Shown piece after piece: positions 1 through 11,441 of a stretch of 60,454 nt of DNA. This stretch comes from Dehalococcoidia bacterium (GTDB lineage Bacteria; Chloroflexota; Dehalococcoidia; WHTO01). The position numbers and the translations under genes were made by a program. Every line of letters starts with the position of its first letter. Position 1 is the stretch's first letter. Location of the stretch: contig WHTO01000001.1 in the NCBI GenBank assembly GCA_009377665.1, forward strand, positions 1-60,454. The letters are read 5' to 3'. Below the pieces are notes generated by a model. It was not told where the DNA came from and searched no databases. It worked only from the letters and a program-made list of their open reading frames with translations.

Positions 1-1550
1 CGAAACCGGCCCTGCTTGCCCTTCAGCATGTCGGACAGGCTCTTGAGCTTGTGGTTGCCCTGCCCCGACACCGCCCGCCCGCGGCGGCCGTTGTCGATCA
101 ACGAGTCGACAGCTTCCTGGAGCATCCGCTTCTCGTTGCGAATGATGATCTCGGGCGCGCCTAGCTCAAGCAGCCGCTTGAGCCGGTTGTTGCGGTTAAT
201 GACACGTCGGTAGAGGTCGTTGAGATCGCTGGTAGCGAAGCGGCCGCCATCGAGCTGGACCATTGGCCGCAGGTCGGGCGGTAGAACCGGCAGCATCACG
301 AAGATCATCCACGACGGCTTGTTCCCGGACTTGCGCAGGGCCTCGACGACGCGCAGGCGCTTCGTCGCCTTCTTCCGGCGCTGGCCGCTGGAGGACTGGA
401 TCTCGCCCAGCAACCGCTCGCGCAGCACCTCGAGGTCCACGCGGTCGAGCACGTTGATCAGAGCCTCGGCGCCCATCCCCGCATGGAAGGCGTCACCGAA
501 GCGATCATTTAGCTCGCGATAACGGCTCTCCGTGAGCAGGATGACGCTGTCGGCCGCTACGGGATCGCGGAGGTCTTCGATGCCGGCCATTCCGCGCGCG
601 ACGTCGCCGTGGAGGAAATGCTCGTATTCGGCTGCGACTTCCTGCGAGACCCCGTCCCGCTTCTCCTGCAGCGGCAACAGCTTCGAGTCGTACTGCTGGT
701 CGCGCTGGTCGCGAGCCGCCTCGGCCAGGAGTGCCGCGTCCTCCTTCGCCCGGGCTCGCGACTCCTCGAAGCTGGCGATCAGCTCCTGCGTGGGGTCTCC
801 AAGGCGCGACGCGGCTTCGGGCTCGATCATCGCGCCCTTCTCCACGATCACGCGGTCCTGCAGAGAAAAGTTCTTGCGAGCCGTCTTGCCCATCTGCTTC
901 TTGAGGTCTTCTTCAAGCGCCCTGGCAGCCTTCATAAGGTCTTCGACCCGGCTGTCGAAGTCGGCGTCCGCACGCTGCTCCGCCGCGGCGAGGTCCGATT
1001 CGACGGTTGCCAGGTCGTTGGCGCGCTCGGCCTCGATGGCAGCGAACTCTTCGCCTACCTCAGTGCTGCGCCTCTCGACCTCGCGCTCCACCTCCTCCTG
1101 CACTCGAGCGAGGGCCGCGCTGCGCGCGTCCTCGTCCACCGACGTGACGGCGTACTGGGCGAAGTAGAGAATGCGCTCCAGGTTGCGTGGCGAGATATCC
1201 AGCAGCAGCCCGAGACGACTCGGCGTGCCCTTGACGAACCAGATGTGGGCAACGGGCGAGGCGAGTTCGATGTGGCCCATCCGCTCACGGCGCACTTTGC
1301 TGCGGGCTACCTCGACCCCACACTTATCGCACTGGATGCCCTTGTAGCGGACGCGCTTATATTTTCCGCAGTAGCATTCGAAGTCCTTGGTGGGACCGAA
1401 GATTTTCTCGCAAAACAGCCCGTCCTTCTCCGGCTTAAGCGTGCGGTAGTTGATCGTCTCGGGCTTCGTCACCTCGCCGTAGGACCAGGACTTAATCTGC
1501 TCCGGCGACGCGAGGGAGATACGGACGGCGTTAAAGTCGTTGACTTCCAC
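1..1550 (-). CDS. rpoC: DNA-directed RNA polymerase subunit beta' (N-terminal part, runs off the window)
   Basis: My reverse-strand translation from GTG at 1550 (AGGAG-like RBS at about 1554-1560) gives [53 protein letters not shown]...[21 protein letters not shown]...[15 protein letters not shown]...[41 protein letters not shown]. These are canonical beta' zinc-ribbon and NADFDGD-upstream regions. It lies directly downstream of rpoB. It is absent from the ORF track because it is open at the window edge. Confidence 0.95.
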   Translation of the reverse strand, partial: MEVNDFNAVRISLASPEQIKSWSYGEVTKPETINYRTLKPEKDGLFCEKIFGPTKDFECYCGKYKRVRYKGIQCDKCGVEVARSKVRRERMGHIELASPVAHIWFVKGTPSRLGLLLDISPRNLERILYFAQYAVTSVDEDARSAALARVQEEVEREVERRSTEVGEEFAAIEAERANDLATVESDLAAAEQRADADFDSRVEDLMKAARALEEDLKKQMGKTARKNFSLQDRVIVEKGAMIEPEAASRLGDPTQELIASFEESRARAKEDAALLAEAARDQRDQQYDSKLLPLQEKRDGVSQEVAAEYEHFLHGDVARGMAGIEDLRDPVAADSVILLTESRYRELNDRFGDAFHAGMGAEALINVLDRVDLEVLRERLLGEIQSSSGQRRKKATKRLRVVEALRKSGNKPSWMIFVMLPVLPPDLRPMVQLDGGRFATSDLNDLYRRVINRNNRLKRLLELGAPEIIIRNEKRMLQEAVDSLIDNGRRGRAVSGQGNHKLKSLSDMLKGKQGRF

Positions 1551-1604
1551 TGTGACTCCTCGTTGTTGCTCCTGAACTATCTCTCGAAACTTCTTTAGCG
1601 CTCG

Positions 1605-4600
1605 TTACAAGCTCACGTCACTGCGCTCGAACCCGGTGAGGTCGATGCCGAGGTCTGTCACGATCTCGGTCGAATCCTCGGGGAACGTCACGCGTTCTTC
1701 GTCCTCGTTGAGCACCTCGACCGCCAGGCCGAGGCTTTGCAGCTCTTTGACCAGGACACGGAAAGACTCGGGCACGCCCGGCTCCATGATGTCCTCGCCC
1801 TTGACGATGGCCTCGTAGGTCTTGACGCGACCGACCACGTCGTCGCTCTTGACCGTCAACAGCTCCTGCAGGATGTGCGAGGCGCCGTAGGCTTCGAGAG
1901 CCCAGACCTCCATCTCGCCGAAGCGCTGGCCACCGAACTGAGCCTTACCGCCCAGCGGCTGCTGGGTGATCAGCGAGTACGGTCCGGTCGAGCGAGCGTG
2001 AATCTTGTCCTCGACCAGGTGGACCAGCTTCATCATGTAGATGTAGCCAACCGTCACCGGCTGGTCGAAGGGCTCTCCCGTGCGCCCGTCGTAGAGCGTC
2101 TGCTTGCCGAAGATCGGTGGTGCCAGCCGCTTCTCGGAAGACACACGGTCGACGGCTTCCTCCAGCTTCTCGTCTGTCAGCGAGCGGGCGTCCCCATGGC
2201 CAGTGCCCTCCAGCCAGATCTGGAGCGTGACACGGCGCGCGGCGCCAACCTGGGTGCGATCCATGACGACGTCCGGATCAAACCCGCTCTCGCCGATCCA
2301 TTTCCTCAAATGTGCCTCATCAACACGCTCTCCCAGGCCGCCCGTGCGACCCTCCGGGGAATAGTGCAACGCGCCCGCCTGCATGGCCATCCATGCTCGC
2401 GACAGGTCATCCTCGATCTGGATGTCGCTGGCTCCGTCGAAGACCGGGGTCACCGCGCGGAAGCCGAGGCTGGCCGCGGCCCACCCCAGGTGGGTTTCGA
2501 GCACCTGGCCAACGTTCATCCGGCTGGGAACGCCAATCGGGTTGAGGATGATGTCGACCGCGGTACCGTCCTCGAGGTACGGCATGTCCTCCATCGGCAG
2601 GATGGTCGCGATGACGCCCTTGTTGCCGTGGCGCCCGGCCATCTTGTCGCCCTCGGAGATCTTGCGGCGCTGGGCGATCGACACGCGGACCATCTTGTTG
2701 ACGCCGGCGCCCAGCGTGTCGTTGTCGTCACCACGATTGAAGACCTTGACTTCGATAACCTTCCCGCGTTCACCGTGCGGGACGCGCAGGCTCGTGTCCT
2801 TAACCTCACGGGCCTTCTCGCCAAAGATCGCCCTCAGCAGCTTCTCCTCGGCTGTTAGCTCGGTCTCGCCCTTAGGCGTGATCTTGCCCACCAGGATGTC
2901 GCCGGCCTGGACCTCGGCGCCAACCCGCACTATGCCGGTTTCGTCGAGGTCCTTGAGGCTCTCCTCGCCGACGTTGGGAATGTCCCGCGTGATCTCCTCG
3001 GGCCCCAACTTGGTGTCGCGCGCCTCTACCTCGTGCTTCTCGATGTGGATTGAGGTGAACTTGTCTTCCTGCGCCATCTTGCGCGAGATGATGATGGCGT
3101 CCTCGAAGTTGTAGCCCTCCCAGCTCATGAAGGCGACCAGTACGGTCTGCCCGAGGGCCAGTTCGCCACCGTCGGTCGACGAGCTGTCGGCCAGGGCGTC
3201 GCCCCTCTTCACGCGCTGCCCTTTCTCCACGATCGGGCGCTGGTTGATGCAGGTGCCCTGGTTCGAGCGCATGAACTTGAGGATCGGGTAGGTCAGTTCC
3301 TGGCCGTCGTCATAGCGAATTGTGACGTCGCGGGCCGAAACCTCTGCCACCTCGCCGTCCGCCTTGGCCGTGATCACCTGGCCCGAGTCGCGGGCAGCCC
3401 TGCCTTCCATCCCGGTACCGACCAGCGGCACCTCGGGCTTGAGCAGGGGGACGGCCTGGCGTTGCATGTTGGCGCCCATCAACGCGCGGTTGGCGTCATC
3501 GTGCTCCAGGAACGGGATCAACGAAGCAGCCACGCTAACGATCTGTTTCGGTGAGACATCCATGTAGTCGATGCGGTCGGGCGACTCGTAGATGAACTTC
3601 TCAGCGTCGCGGACCTCGATCCGTTCGCCCAGCAGATTGCCGAACTCGTCGTGCGGCGAGTTGGACTGGGCGATAACGTGGCGGTCTTCGGTGTCAGCCG
3701 AGAGGTACTCGACGTCCTCGGAAACGAACGAGCGCACCCTGATCGCGCTCCGCCCATTGCCCTTCTCGATGGCCTGGGCGGTCTCCTCGTCGATCCTTTC
3801 GCCGATGGCCGCTATGACCTTGTTGCCGTGCTTGATCTCTTCGCGGGGAATGCGGTTGACAAGGTGCTTGGCCTTGGCCGGCACCTCGTGCAGGACCCGC
3901 AGATAGGGCGTCTCGATAAACCCGTAGTCGTTGATCCGCCCGTAGGTGGCCAGTGAGCCGATGAGGCCGATGTTGGGACCCTCGGGGGTCTCGATGGGGC
4001 AGATACGACCGTAGTGACTGTAGTGCACGTCGCGCACGTCGAAGCCCGCACGGTCGCGGGAAAGGCCGCCGGGCCCCAGCGCCGACAAGCGGCGCTTGTG
4101 GGTTAGCTCGGCCAGGGGGTTGGTCTGGTCCATGAATTGGGACAACTGCGAGCCGCCGAAGAACTCCTTGATCGCAGCCACGACCGGCCGGATGTTGATC
4201 AGCGCGCTGGGCGTTGCCTGGTCGGGATCGGTGATCGTCATGCGCTCGCGGATAACGCGCTCCATGCGCAGCAGACCGATCCGGAACTGGTTCTGGATCA
4301 GCTCACCCACGGCGCGAACGCGGCGGTTGCCGAGGTGGTCGATATCGTCGGTGTGTCCGAGGTTGGCCCACTCTTCCCGGCGTCCCCGGTTCACACGGAT
4401 GATCTCCTTGACGAGCGCGATCATGTCGATGCGCGTCAGGGTGCGGATCGCCTCGGGGATCTCCTTCTCCATCTCAAGCCGCTTGCTGAGCTTGTGGCGT
4501 CCGACACGACCCAGGTCGTAACGGCGCGGGTTGAAGAACAGGTTCTGTAGAAGGTTGCGGGCATTATCCAGCGTTGGCGGGTCGCCCGGGCGCAGCCGCC

Positions 4601-5372
4601 GGTAGAACTCCATGATCGCGGTCTGCTTGTTCTCGACCGGATCGCGGTCAAGGGTAGCGGCGATGTAGCTGTGCTCCGGGTCGTCCACGTCCTCGAACAG
4701 GGCCATCATGCGCTCGCGGCTGCCGAGATCGCTCTCGTCGAGGCCGTCCTCCTCGTCGACCGCGCGCAGAAGCGTCGTCACGGGGATCTTGCGCTTACGG
4801 TCGACCTTGACCGAGATCACGCGCTTGTTGCTGGTCTCGAACTCAAGCCAGGCGCCACGGTTGGGGATCAACTTTGCGTGGCAAAGCTGCCGCCCAGTCG
4901 TCTGGTCCTGCTCCAGCGAGAAGTAGGCTCCCGGAGATCGGACGAGCTGCGAAACGACGACTCGCTCGGCTCCGTTGATCACAAACGTGCCGTCGCCCGT
5001 CATGAGCGGGAAGTCACCCAGGTAGATGTTCTGTTCCTTGATCTCGCCGGTTTCCTTGATCTCCAGCTCGACCTTGACCTTCAACGGCGCAGCGTAGGTC
5101 GCGTCGCGTTCCCGGCACTGGGCTTCGCTAAACTTGGCGTCCTCGAACCAGTAGTCGCGGAAATTGATGTCCATGCGGCTGCCGGTGAAGTCCTGGATCG
5201 GGTTGATCTCGTCGAGAAGCTCCCTCAGGCCAGACTTGACGAACCAACCGTATGAATTGAGCTGGACCTGGATCAGGTCCGGTATGTCCAGGACGTGAGG
5301 CAGGTTGGCGTAGTCGCGCACGACATCGGGGGTGCCTGCTCTGAGCGTGACGAGGTCCCGGGTCATGGTCAT
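1605..5372 (-). CDS. rpoB: DNA-directed RNA polymerase subunit beta
   Basis: 1255-aa ORF with rpoB signatures ([47 protein letters not shown]). It is followed by rpoC in the conserved rpoBC order. Confidence 0.98.
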   Translation of the reverse strand: MTMTRDLVTLRAGTPDVVRDYANLPHVLDIPDLIQVQLNSYGWFVKSGLRELLDEINPIQDFTGSRMDINFRDYWFEDAKFSEAQCRERDATYAAPLKVKVELEIKETGEIKEQNIYLGDFPLMTGDGTFVINGAERVVVSQLVRSPGAYFSLEQDQTTGRQLCHAKLIPNRGAWLEFETSNKRVISVKVDRKRKIPVTTLLRAVDEEDGLDESDLGSRERMMALFEDVDDPEHSYIAATLDRDPVENKQTAIMEFYRRLRPGDPPTLDNARNLLQNLFFNPRRYDLGRVGRHKLSKRLEMEKEIPEAIRTLTRIDMIALVKEIIRVNRGRREEWANLGHTDDIDHLGNRRVRAVGELIQNQFRIGLLRMERVIRERMTITDPDQATPSALINIRPVVAAIKEFFGGSQLSQFMDQTNPLAELTHKRRLSALGPGGLSRDRAGFDVRDVHYSHYGRICPIETPEGPNIGLIGSLATYGRINDYGFIETPYLRVLHEVPAKAKHLVNRIPREEIKHGNKVIAAIGERIDEETAQAIEKGNGRSAIRVRSFVSEDVEYLSADTEDRHVIAQSNSPHDEFGNLLGERIEVRDAEKFIYESPDRIDYMDVSPKQIVSVAASLIPFLEHDDANRALMGANMQRQAVPLLKPEVPLVGTGMEGRAARDSGQVITAKADGEVAEVSARDVTIRYDDGQELTYPILKFMRSNQGTCINQRPIVEKGQRVKRGDALADSSSTDGGELALGQTVLVAFMSWEGYNFEDAIIISRKMAQEDKFTSIHIEKHEVEARDTKLGPEEITRDIPNVGEESLKDLDETGIVRVGAEVQAGDILVGKITPKGETELTAEEKLLRAIFGEKAREVKDTSLRVPHGERGKVIEVKVFNRGDDNDTLGAGVNKMVRVSIAQRRKISEGDKMAGRHGNKGVIATILPMEDMPYLEDGTAVDIILNPIGVPSRMNVGQVLETHLGWAAASLGFRAVTPVFDGASDIQIEDDLSRAWMAMQAGALHYSPEGRTGGLGERVDEAHLRKWIGESGFDPDVVMDRTQVGAARRVTLQIWLEGTGHGDARSLTDEKLEEAVDRVSSEKRLAPPIFGKQTLYDGRTGEPFDQPVTVGYIYMMKLVHLVEDKIHARSTGPYSLITQQPLGGKAQFGGQRFGEMEVWALEAYGASHILQELLTVKSDDVVGRVKTYEAIVKGEDIMEPGVPESFRVLVKELQSLGLAVEVLNEDEERVTFPEDSTEIVTDLGIDLTGFERSDVSL

Positions 5373-5494
5373 GAGGGGTTACTCCTAAAACAGAAATAGG
5401 CCTTCACCGACAAGCGGCTAGGAAAAACGCGCTTCTGGGACAACTTCAGGAAACGTGGAAGATGCGGACTCTCCCGGCCTTTCGACAACTAGCG

Positions 5495-5524
5495 ATCTTA
5501 GAAGTGGGGATTCCCGGCAGTCAA
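5495..5524 (-). promoter_or_regulatory. candidate sigma70-type promoter upstream of rpoB
   Basis: The minus strand reads TTGACT, an 18-nt spacer, then TAAGAT, about 120 nt upstream of the rpoB start in a 209-nt intergenic gap. Confidence 0.35.
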
Positions 5525-5581
5525 GGACATTCTAGCCTACTATGGCCCCTGCTTTCAATCAACAGGGGTGGCTTGGCTCGA

Positions 5582-6856
5582 TCAGTCGTCGCCCGGCGAC
5601 TCGTCCTCGTTCCGGACGACCGCCATCAACCGGACTGAAGCTATCGCCAGGTTGTCCATCTCCTCGACGTTCAGCATCCAGCCATTGATCGTCACGGATT
5701 CCCCCGCCTTCGGGATGTGTCCCAACTCCTCGAGGATCAGCCCGGCCACTGTTGAATACTCGCCGTCGGGCAGCTCGACGCCGAGGTCCGGGAGATCGTG
5801 AATCGGGAAGCCCCCCGGGATCACTATGCTACCGTCGCTCTCCCGGCGCGCCCCCCTCACGTCGCGGTCGAACTCGTCGTAGATCTCGCCGACGAGCTCT
5901 TCGATCAGGTCCTCGAGCGTCACGAGGCCGTCGACGCTACCGTATTCGTCGACCACGACAGCCATCTGCTGCCGGTCGCGCTGCAGACGCTGCAGGCCCT
6001 CGAGGACTCTCACCGACCCCGGGAAGACGGCCATCGGCCGGGCGTGGCGGGAAACCGGGCCGCTCGCCTTGACCAGGTCGCGGATGTGGACAACCCCCAA
6101 TACCTCGTCGATGTTCTTCCCAAAAACCGGGGCCCGCGAGTGGCCGGCTTCGACGAGGGTATCGAGAGCCTCCGCGGCAGGCGTATCGCCCTGGACTGCC
6201 GTGAACTCTGTGCGTGGCCGCAGGACCTCGCGAAGGGTCCGCTCGCCGGCTTCCACAGCCTCCGAGATGACCCGCCTCTGTTCCGGGCTGAAAGCCGCCT
6301 GGGCGGCGATGATGTCGCGTACTTCCTCGAGGGTTATCTCCTCACGACTCTGCGTCGGGTCTCCACCGAACAGGCGAACGATCAGGTTGGTCGAGAACGA
6401 GAGCAACCAGACCACCGGCCTGGTCGCAACGGCGAGGAAATTCAGCGGCCGGGCGGAGATCAGCGCCCAGCGCTCAGCCCGCTGAAGAGCGATGCGCTTG
6501 GGTGCCAGCTCTCCGAGCACCAGGGTGAAAAAGGTCAGGATCAGAGTGACGATGATGATGGCCACGAAATCGGCCGAGCCCCCGAGGAACTCCAGCGGCT
6601 CTTCGAGCAACTGCGCCAGGCCAACCGCCGCCGTCGCCGAAGCGAGGAACCCAGCCAGCGTGATGCCGATCTGGATGGTCGCCAGGAAGCGATTGGGATC
6701 GCCCACCAGCCGAGCCAGGACGGCGCCGGCACGGCCGCGCTGGGCGAGCCTTGCCACCTGCGACTCACGCAGGGTGAGGAGGGCGATCTCCGTCCCGGCA
6801 AAGGCTGCGTTGAGCAGCACGAGACCCATGATCAAGCCCAGGTCAAACCAGGGCAT
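5582..6856 (-). CDS. hemolysin/CorC-family membrane protein (DUF21 + CBS pair + CorC_HlyC)
   Basis: 424-aa ORF. It has N-terminal TM helices with the GELAPKR motif, then a CBS-pair region, then a C-terminal transporter-associated domain. Confidence 0.85.
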   Translation of the reverse strand: MPWFDLGLIMGLVLLNAAFAGTEIALLTLRESQVARLAQRGRAGAVLARLVGDPNRFLATIQIGITLAGFLASATAAVGLAQLLEEPLEFLGGSADFVAIIIVTLILTFFTLVLGELAPKRIALQRAERWALISARPLNFLAVATRPVVWLLSFSTNLIVRLFGGDPTQSREEITLEEVRDIIAAQAAFSPEQRRVISEAVEAGERTLREVLRPRTEFTAVQGDTPAAEALDTLVEAGHSRAPVFGKNIDEVLGVVHIRDLVKASGPVSRHARPMAVFPGSVRVLEGLQRLQRDRQQMAVVVDEYGSVDGLVTLEDLIEELVGEIYDEFDRDVRGARRESDGSIVIPGGFPIHDLPDLGVELPDGEYSTVAGLILEELGHIPKAGESVTINGWMLNVEEMDNLAIASVRLMAVVRNEDESPGDD

Positions 6857-6950
6857 CGGTCATCTCCAGTCGCGCCGGCGAACTCATTGCAGGGGGATCG
6901 GCGGCTGCCAGATCGCTGCGCTCCTGTTCACTCGTATCCGCCTTACCCAC

Positions 6951-7916
6951 TTAACCCAACCGTAGCCGCGCTGCCCGGGCGCCACCAGGCGCGCCGGGAA
7001 CCCCATGGCCGTGGCTCAGGCTCCCGCCCGCCACCTGTGTCGCCAACAGATAGTTTCGGGCCTGATCCACGCCGTAGCGTCGATCGTAGCCGGTGACAGA
7101 CTCGAACGTGACGCTCGACGCCACTCCCTGCGGCTGCGCAGCGTCGAGAAGGCGGCCCACGTTCACGCCAAGCCAGTCCTGGGTCGAATACCAGCCGCCA
7201 GTGCAGTCCAGCACGGCCTCGCTGTGATCCTCGCCCATCTCCCCCAGCTCTTGATAGGTGAGCGTAAATGGGCGATCCACCGCTCCATCGACGATCAGCC
7301 GCCAGCTATCTCGATCTACCGGGTCTGGATCGTCGCCGAACCAGCTGACCCTCGGGAATTGGCAAGTGTAGCTTCCGGTTTCATAGGATCCGGTGAAGCG
7401 CCTTCGCGATCCGGGAAGGTCAAGGAAGCCCTTCAGCGCGCCGCTCGTCTGCCAGATCGCTGCGCCCGCCACGCCTGTAGCCGCCAGGCGCAGGAAAGCC
7501 CGCCGGTCGGCGGCGCCCCGAACCCCGAAGATAAACCTCATCGAGAGCGTATGAGACGCGAGGAGAAGGGCCAGCGCGACAGCCAGCGTCGTGTGAATCG
7601 TGACCAGGCCGTAGCCGGCAAGCTCGACGCGGCCGGCCGTCGTCCAGATGAATCCGGTCCCCAGCGTCGCCACCAGCAAGGCGGTCATTACCAGGAACAG
7701 TGGGCGCTGCGGCGGTGGACGGCGGCGGCGTGCCAGGGAATCGCCGATGACCATCGCCTTCCAGGCGAGCAAGACCAGAATGGCCCAGCCACCCGTGTCG
7801 TGGAGCCATAGTCTCCAGCGCTGTCCCGGATCGCCCGCAATCAATCCCAGGAAGCCGGTCACCAGTTGCAAAACGAGAAGCAACAGCAGGGCGGTGTTGA
7901 CCCAGGGATGACGCAT
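6951..7916 (-). CDS. membrane-anchored molybdopterin-binding (sulfite-oxidase-fold) oxidoreductase; the 3' end appears frameshifted and the conserved C-terminus continues to 6884
   Basis: N-terminal TM helices plus an oxidoreductase molybdopterin-binding region ([29 protein letters not shown]). After ...SHGHG the annotated frame gives a non-conserved tail. The +1 frame instead reads [25 protein letters not shown] and ends at TGA 6884-6886. Confidence 0.75.
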   Translation of the reverse strand: MRHPWVNTALLLLLVLQLVTGFLGLIAGDPGQRWRLWLHDTGGWAILVLLAWKAMVIGDSLARRRRPPPQRPLFLVMTALLVATLGTGFIWTTAGRVELAGYGLVTIHTTLAVALALLLASHTLSMRFIFGVRGAADRRAFLRLAATGVAGAAIWQTSGALKGFLDLPGSRRRFTGSYETGSYTCQFPRVSWFGDDPDPVDRDSWRLIVDGAVDRPFTLTYQELGEMGEDHSEAVLDCTGGWYSTQDWLGVNVGRLLDAAQPQGVASSVTFESVTGYDRRYGVDQARNYLLATQVAGGSLSHGHGVPGAPGGARAARLRLG

Positions 7917-8012
7917 GGACGCGCGATCCTCCAGACAGAGCCTAGCATTCGTTTTAGGGCAGCCGAACCAACCGTCGGCTCTGCGGTCATCGAGGATCGG
8001 ATGGCAGAAAGA

Positions 8013-8036
8013 GGGGCGCCCACTGGTGGGCGCCCC
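8013..8036 (-). terminator. GC-rich perfect hairpin downstream of etfA
   Basis: GGGGCGCCCAC-tg-GTGGGCGCCCC is followed on the minus strand by TCTTTCT. Confidence 0.5.
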
Positions 8037-8047
8037 ACGGCTTCAAA

Positions 8048-8076
8048 GCTGATCTCGCCCCGCCTTCGAGATCAGC
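8048..8076 (-). terminator. hairpin immediately downstream of the etfA stop codon
   Basis: On the minus strand, GCTGATCTCG-aaggcgggg-CGAGATCAGC (10-bp stem) is followed by TTTGAA. Confidence 0.45.
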
Positions 8077-8087
8077 AAAGCCTGCAA

Positions 8088-9068
8088 TTACGAGCTTCGC
8101 AGCTCCCCCACCTTCTTCTTGAAGCCTTCCACTATCGGCTTCCAATCTCCAACCACTGCGAAGCGTGACGCCGCGATGATATTGGCATCCGGATCTTTAT
8201 TGATCGTCACGATGTTCTTCGATCCGGCGCAACCAGCCATATGCTGGGAGGCGCCGGAAATACCAACGGCGATGTAAAGCGTGGGGCTCACGACCTTCCC
8301 TGTCAAGCCCACCTGGTTCGCAACCGGGTACCAGCCCATGTCGCAGACTGCCCGTGAAGCGCCGACGGCACCCCTCAACAGCTTCGCGATCTCCTCGAGC
8401 TCGCGGAAACCATCGGAGTTACCGAGGCCACGCCCTCCCGAGATCACAACGTCGGCATCTTCAAGCCGGACGCCCTCCGACTCGACCTGCGTCGTCTCGA
8501 TGATCCGCACCTTGAACGTTGCTGGATCGGGCGACACGTCTACAGTTATGGTCTCGGCGGAGCGGCTGGCGTCCTGCTCGGGCTCGTCCTGGGACTTGGG
8601 CCTGACCGTCGCGATCGCCGGCCGACCCTTTATCGCAACGTCGGCGCGAGCCGCGCCCCCGAAGAACGGCCGCGTGAACTGAACGCCACCGCCGTCCGTC
8701 TTGATCTCGACGACGTCCATGGCCGCCGCGGTCTTCAGGCGAAAGGCGAGTCGCGGCGCAAGGTCCCGGCCGGCGTTCGTCTGCCCCATCAGGATCACGT
8801 CGGGGTCGGCGCTCTCGACAAGAGCAGCAAGGGCCGGCATGAAGGCCTCGGCCTGGTAGTCTGCGAAGACTTCGTTGTCGGCGACAAAGACCCGATCGGC
8901 GCCATAGGCGGCGGCCTGGGCCGCCAGGCCAGCAACGCCGCTGCCCACGAGCGCGGCGTCCACACCACCATCGCCGGCGATGCGCCGGGCGGCGCCGATC
9001 ATCTCGCCGCTGAGCGGCGCCAGCGTCGACCCTTCGCTGAATTCGCAAAGGACGAAGACTCGTGTCAT
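8088..9068 (-). CDS. etfA: electron transfer flavoprotein subunit alpha
   Basis: 326-aa ORF with the C-terminal FAD-binding ETF-alpha signature (YIAVGISGASQHMAGCAGSKNIVTINKDPDA). It lies downstream of etfB. Confidence 0.93.
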   Translation of the reverse strand: MTRVFVLCEFSEGSTLAPLSGEMIGAARRIAGDGGVDAALVGSGVAGLAAQAAAYGADRVFVADNEVFADYQAEAFMPALAALVESADPDVILMGQTNAGRDLAPRLAFRLKTAAAMDVVEIKTDGGGVQFTRPFFGGAARADVAIKGRPAIATVRPKSQDEPEQDASRSAETITVDVSPDPATFKVRIIETTQVESEGVRLEDADVVISGGRGLGNSDGFRELEEIAKLLRGAVGASRAVCDMGWYPVANQVGLTGKVVSPTLYIAVGISGASQHMAGCAGSKNIVTINKDPDANIIAASRFAVVGDWKPIVEGFKKKVGELRSS

Positions 9069-9098
9069 TGGGCTTCTCCTCTTACCGGGCGTCGCATC

Positions 9099-9896
9099 CT
9101 AGATAATCTTCGCCTCGCGCAGACGCACGGCGAGCTGCGCCCCGGCCTCCTGCGGGCTGTCGGCTTCGACGAACTCGGTCTGCAGCTCGTAGACAGGCTT
9201 ATATATCTTCTCGAGCGTCAGGCCCGCGCCGGACAGCTCATCAGGGTCAACCCCCAGGTCGCCCGCGGCGTAGTTGGTCACCTGCTTGCGAGCGGCCAGC
9301 ATGATCTGCCTGAGCTGCGGGTAGCGCGGCTCGCCGAGCTCGTTGCTGACGCTGACCACGGCCGGGAGCTCGGATTCGACCTTCTGGAAGCCGTCGGTCA
9401 AGACTCGCTCGGCCTGCACCTTGCCGTTCTCGGCCGTCACCGACTTGACGATGCTGACGATCGGCCACCCCAGGAGCTCGCCGATCCCGGCCGGCACCAC
9501 GCCCATATCCCAGTCAGTCGCCTGCCGCCCGCAGAACACCAGGGTCACGTCGCCCAGCTTGCGGACCACCGCCGCCAGCACGTGGGCTGTGCCGAAGCTG
9601 TCGAGGCCGGTAAGGGCAGGGTCGTTGACGAGGATCCCTTCGTCGGCGCCCATCGCGAGTGCCTGCTTGATCACCTCGCGGGCCCCATCGGGACCGACCG
9701 TGACTATCGTCACCTGGCCATCGCCCTGCGCTTCCTTGATCCGCAGCGCGGCCTCGACGGCGATCGCGTCGAACTGGCTGACGACGGGCGCGACCCCCGG
9801 GGGCGCGCTCACTGTTTTCGTGGCGTCATCGACGCGCAGCTGTGGCGCCGGTGTCTCATAATCGGGTACCTGCTTTACGCAGACTACGATGTGCAC
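9099..9896 (-). CDS. etfB: electron transfer flavoprotein subunit beta
   Basis: 265-aa ORF beginning MHIVVCVKQVPD..., typical of ETF-beta. It is adjacent to etfA. Confidence 0.93.
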   Translation of the reverse strand: MHIVVCVKQVPDYETPAPQLRVDDATKTVSAPPGVAPVVSQFDAIAVEAALRIKEAQGDGQVTIVTVGPDGAREVIKQALAMGADEGILVNDPALTGLDSFGTAHVLAAVVRKLGDVTLVFCGRQATDWDMGVVPAGIGELLGWPIVSIVKSVTAENGKVQAERVLTDGFQKVESELPAVVSVSNELGEPRYPQLRQIMLAARKQVTNYAAGDLGVDPDELSGAGLTLEKIYKPVYELQTEFVEADSPQEAGAQLAVRLREAKII

Positions 9897-10045
9897 TTTC
9901 AGTCTCCTGATTCTGGGTGAAGCGTCCGGCGCGTTCGGCCGTCGAGAGCCTCACGCTAAATGTAAGCGAACCGCTTCTATACGCCTCTGCGAGAGCGAAC
10001 GGTCGCGGTGGCGCGAGCCTGGACGGCTCACTCTACGATTCAATC

Positions 10046-10936
10046 ATGGACACCACCCCGGCGCATGATCTCGATCCGTTGCCGGCGCTCGATTCGCAGG
10101 TCGTCGGGCGGCGCCCCGCGCCGGCGCTACGCGACCTGGTGACCGGCTACCAGGGTTACGTCGAAAGCGTCAGCAGTGTGCTCGTCCGCCGGACGTTCCC
10201 GGGGCCCAACGTCGTCCTGATCATCGGCTTTGGGGCTCCGATCCGAGTCGCCGACCCCGGTAGGCCAGGTGCGCCGGCTTCAGACCACATAAGCTTCGTC
10301 GCGGGGCCACACACCCAGCATGGCTTCTACCAGTTCGCGGGAGTGTCCTGCGGTGTCCAGGTCGACCTCACGCCGATCGGGGCCTACCTGTTCTTCGGAG
10401 TACGCATGGACGGGCTTACCGATCGCGTGCTCCGGCTGGACGATATCGTACCCGGTGGCGCGAGTGGGTTATCAGCGTGGTTGCAGGAGCTTCCGGCCTG
10501 GGATGCCCGCTTTGATCTCCTCGACGCCTTCTTCTGTGAGCGCCTGGCCCGCGTGCGGCCCGCCGCTCACGCCGTGACCTGGGCATGGCGAGCGATGATC
10601 GGCTCGCACGGCAACGTCAGCATCGGCGCGCTGGCCGCCGAGGTCGGCTGGAGCCGCAAGCACCTCGCAGCTCGGTTCCACGAGCAGATTGGCCTCTCAC
10701 CAAAGACGGCGGCATCGCTGCTCCGCTTCAATCGGGCGCTGGACCTGCTGCAGCGTCCGACCCATCCCGGCGGCGCGCAGCTCGCCCTGCTTTGCGGCTA
10801 CTACGACCAGACTCACCTGGCCCGGGAGTTCCGCAGGCTCTCGGGCCTCACGATCAGCGAGTTCCTGCGGGCGCCTGCCGCGCTGAACAATCTGCCGTCA
10901 GAGGCGCCCGCTCCAACCATTGCCCTTTCGCCTTAG
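10046..10936 (+). CDS. AraC-family transcriptional regulator
   Basis: The C-terminal HTH_18/AraC signature is present (ALLCGYYDQTHLAREFRRLSGLTISEF). I chose ATG at 10046 over the ORF-track start at 9917. The gene is divergent from etfB. Confidence 0.8.
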   Translation: MDTTPAHDLDPLPALDSQVVGRRPAPALRDLVTGYQGYVESVSSVLVRRTFPGPNVVLIIGFGAPIRVADPGRPGAPASDHISFVAGPHTQHGFYQFAGVSCGVQVDLTPIGAYLFFGVRMDGLTDRVLRLDDIVPGGASGLSAWLQELPAWDARFDLLDAFFCERLARVRPAAHAVTWAWRAMIGSHGNVSIGALAAEVGWSRKHLAARFHEQIGLSPKTAASLLRFNRALDLLQRPTHPGGAQLALLCGYYDQTHLAREFRRLSGLTISEFLRAPAALNNLPSEAPAPTIALSP

Positions 10937-11033
10937 AGGTAAAATTCCTACAAGATCGCGGCCCAGGGACGTCCTTATCCTCACCTCGGATGAACCCGGG
11001 CCGAGGGCTCGGAGTGACCACAAGGAGGAGACG

Positions 11034-11441
11034 ATGACACAGGACCCACCAACAATCTTTCCAGCGATCAGGTACCGGGACGCCGCAGCCGCGATCGAAT
11101 GGCTCGAGCGGGCATTCGGTTTTCGGAGGCTGATGGTCGTGCCGGGCGAAGACGGGGCCGTCATGCACGCCGAGCTAAAGTTGGGCAACGGCGTTGTCAT
11201 GCTCGGTACGGCCGACGAACCCGCCGAGCACGGATCAGATCCGGCGAGTCACGAGGGATTGTACGTGTACGTCGCGGACCTTGACCGGCACTACCAACAG
11301 GCGAAGGCAGCGGGCGCGACCATTGCTCGCGAGCTGGAGGACACCGACTACGGCTCGCGACAGTACGCGGCGCTGGACCCCGAAGGACGACCGTGGACCT
11401 TCGGGACCTACATGCCCGACCTCTCGGGAGCAGCATCGTGA
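11034..11441 (+). CDS. VOC (glyoxalase/bleomycin-resistance fold) family protein, PhnB-like
   Basis: ATG at 11034 is preceded by AAGGAGGAG. The sequence IFPAIRYRDAAAAIEWLERAFGF...GNGVVML...YAALDPEGRPWTFGTY is typical of this family. Confidence 0.8.
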   Translation: MTQDPPTIFPAIRYRDAAAAIEWLERAFGFRRLMVVPGEDGAVMHAELKLGNGVVMLGTADEPAEHGSDPASHEGLYVYVADLDRHYQQAKAAGATIARELEDTDYGSRQYAALDPEGRPWTFGTYMPDLSGAAS

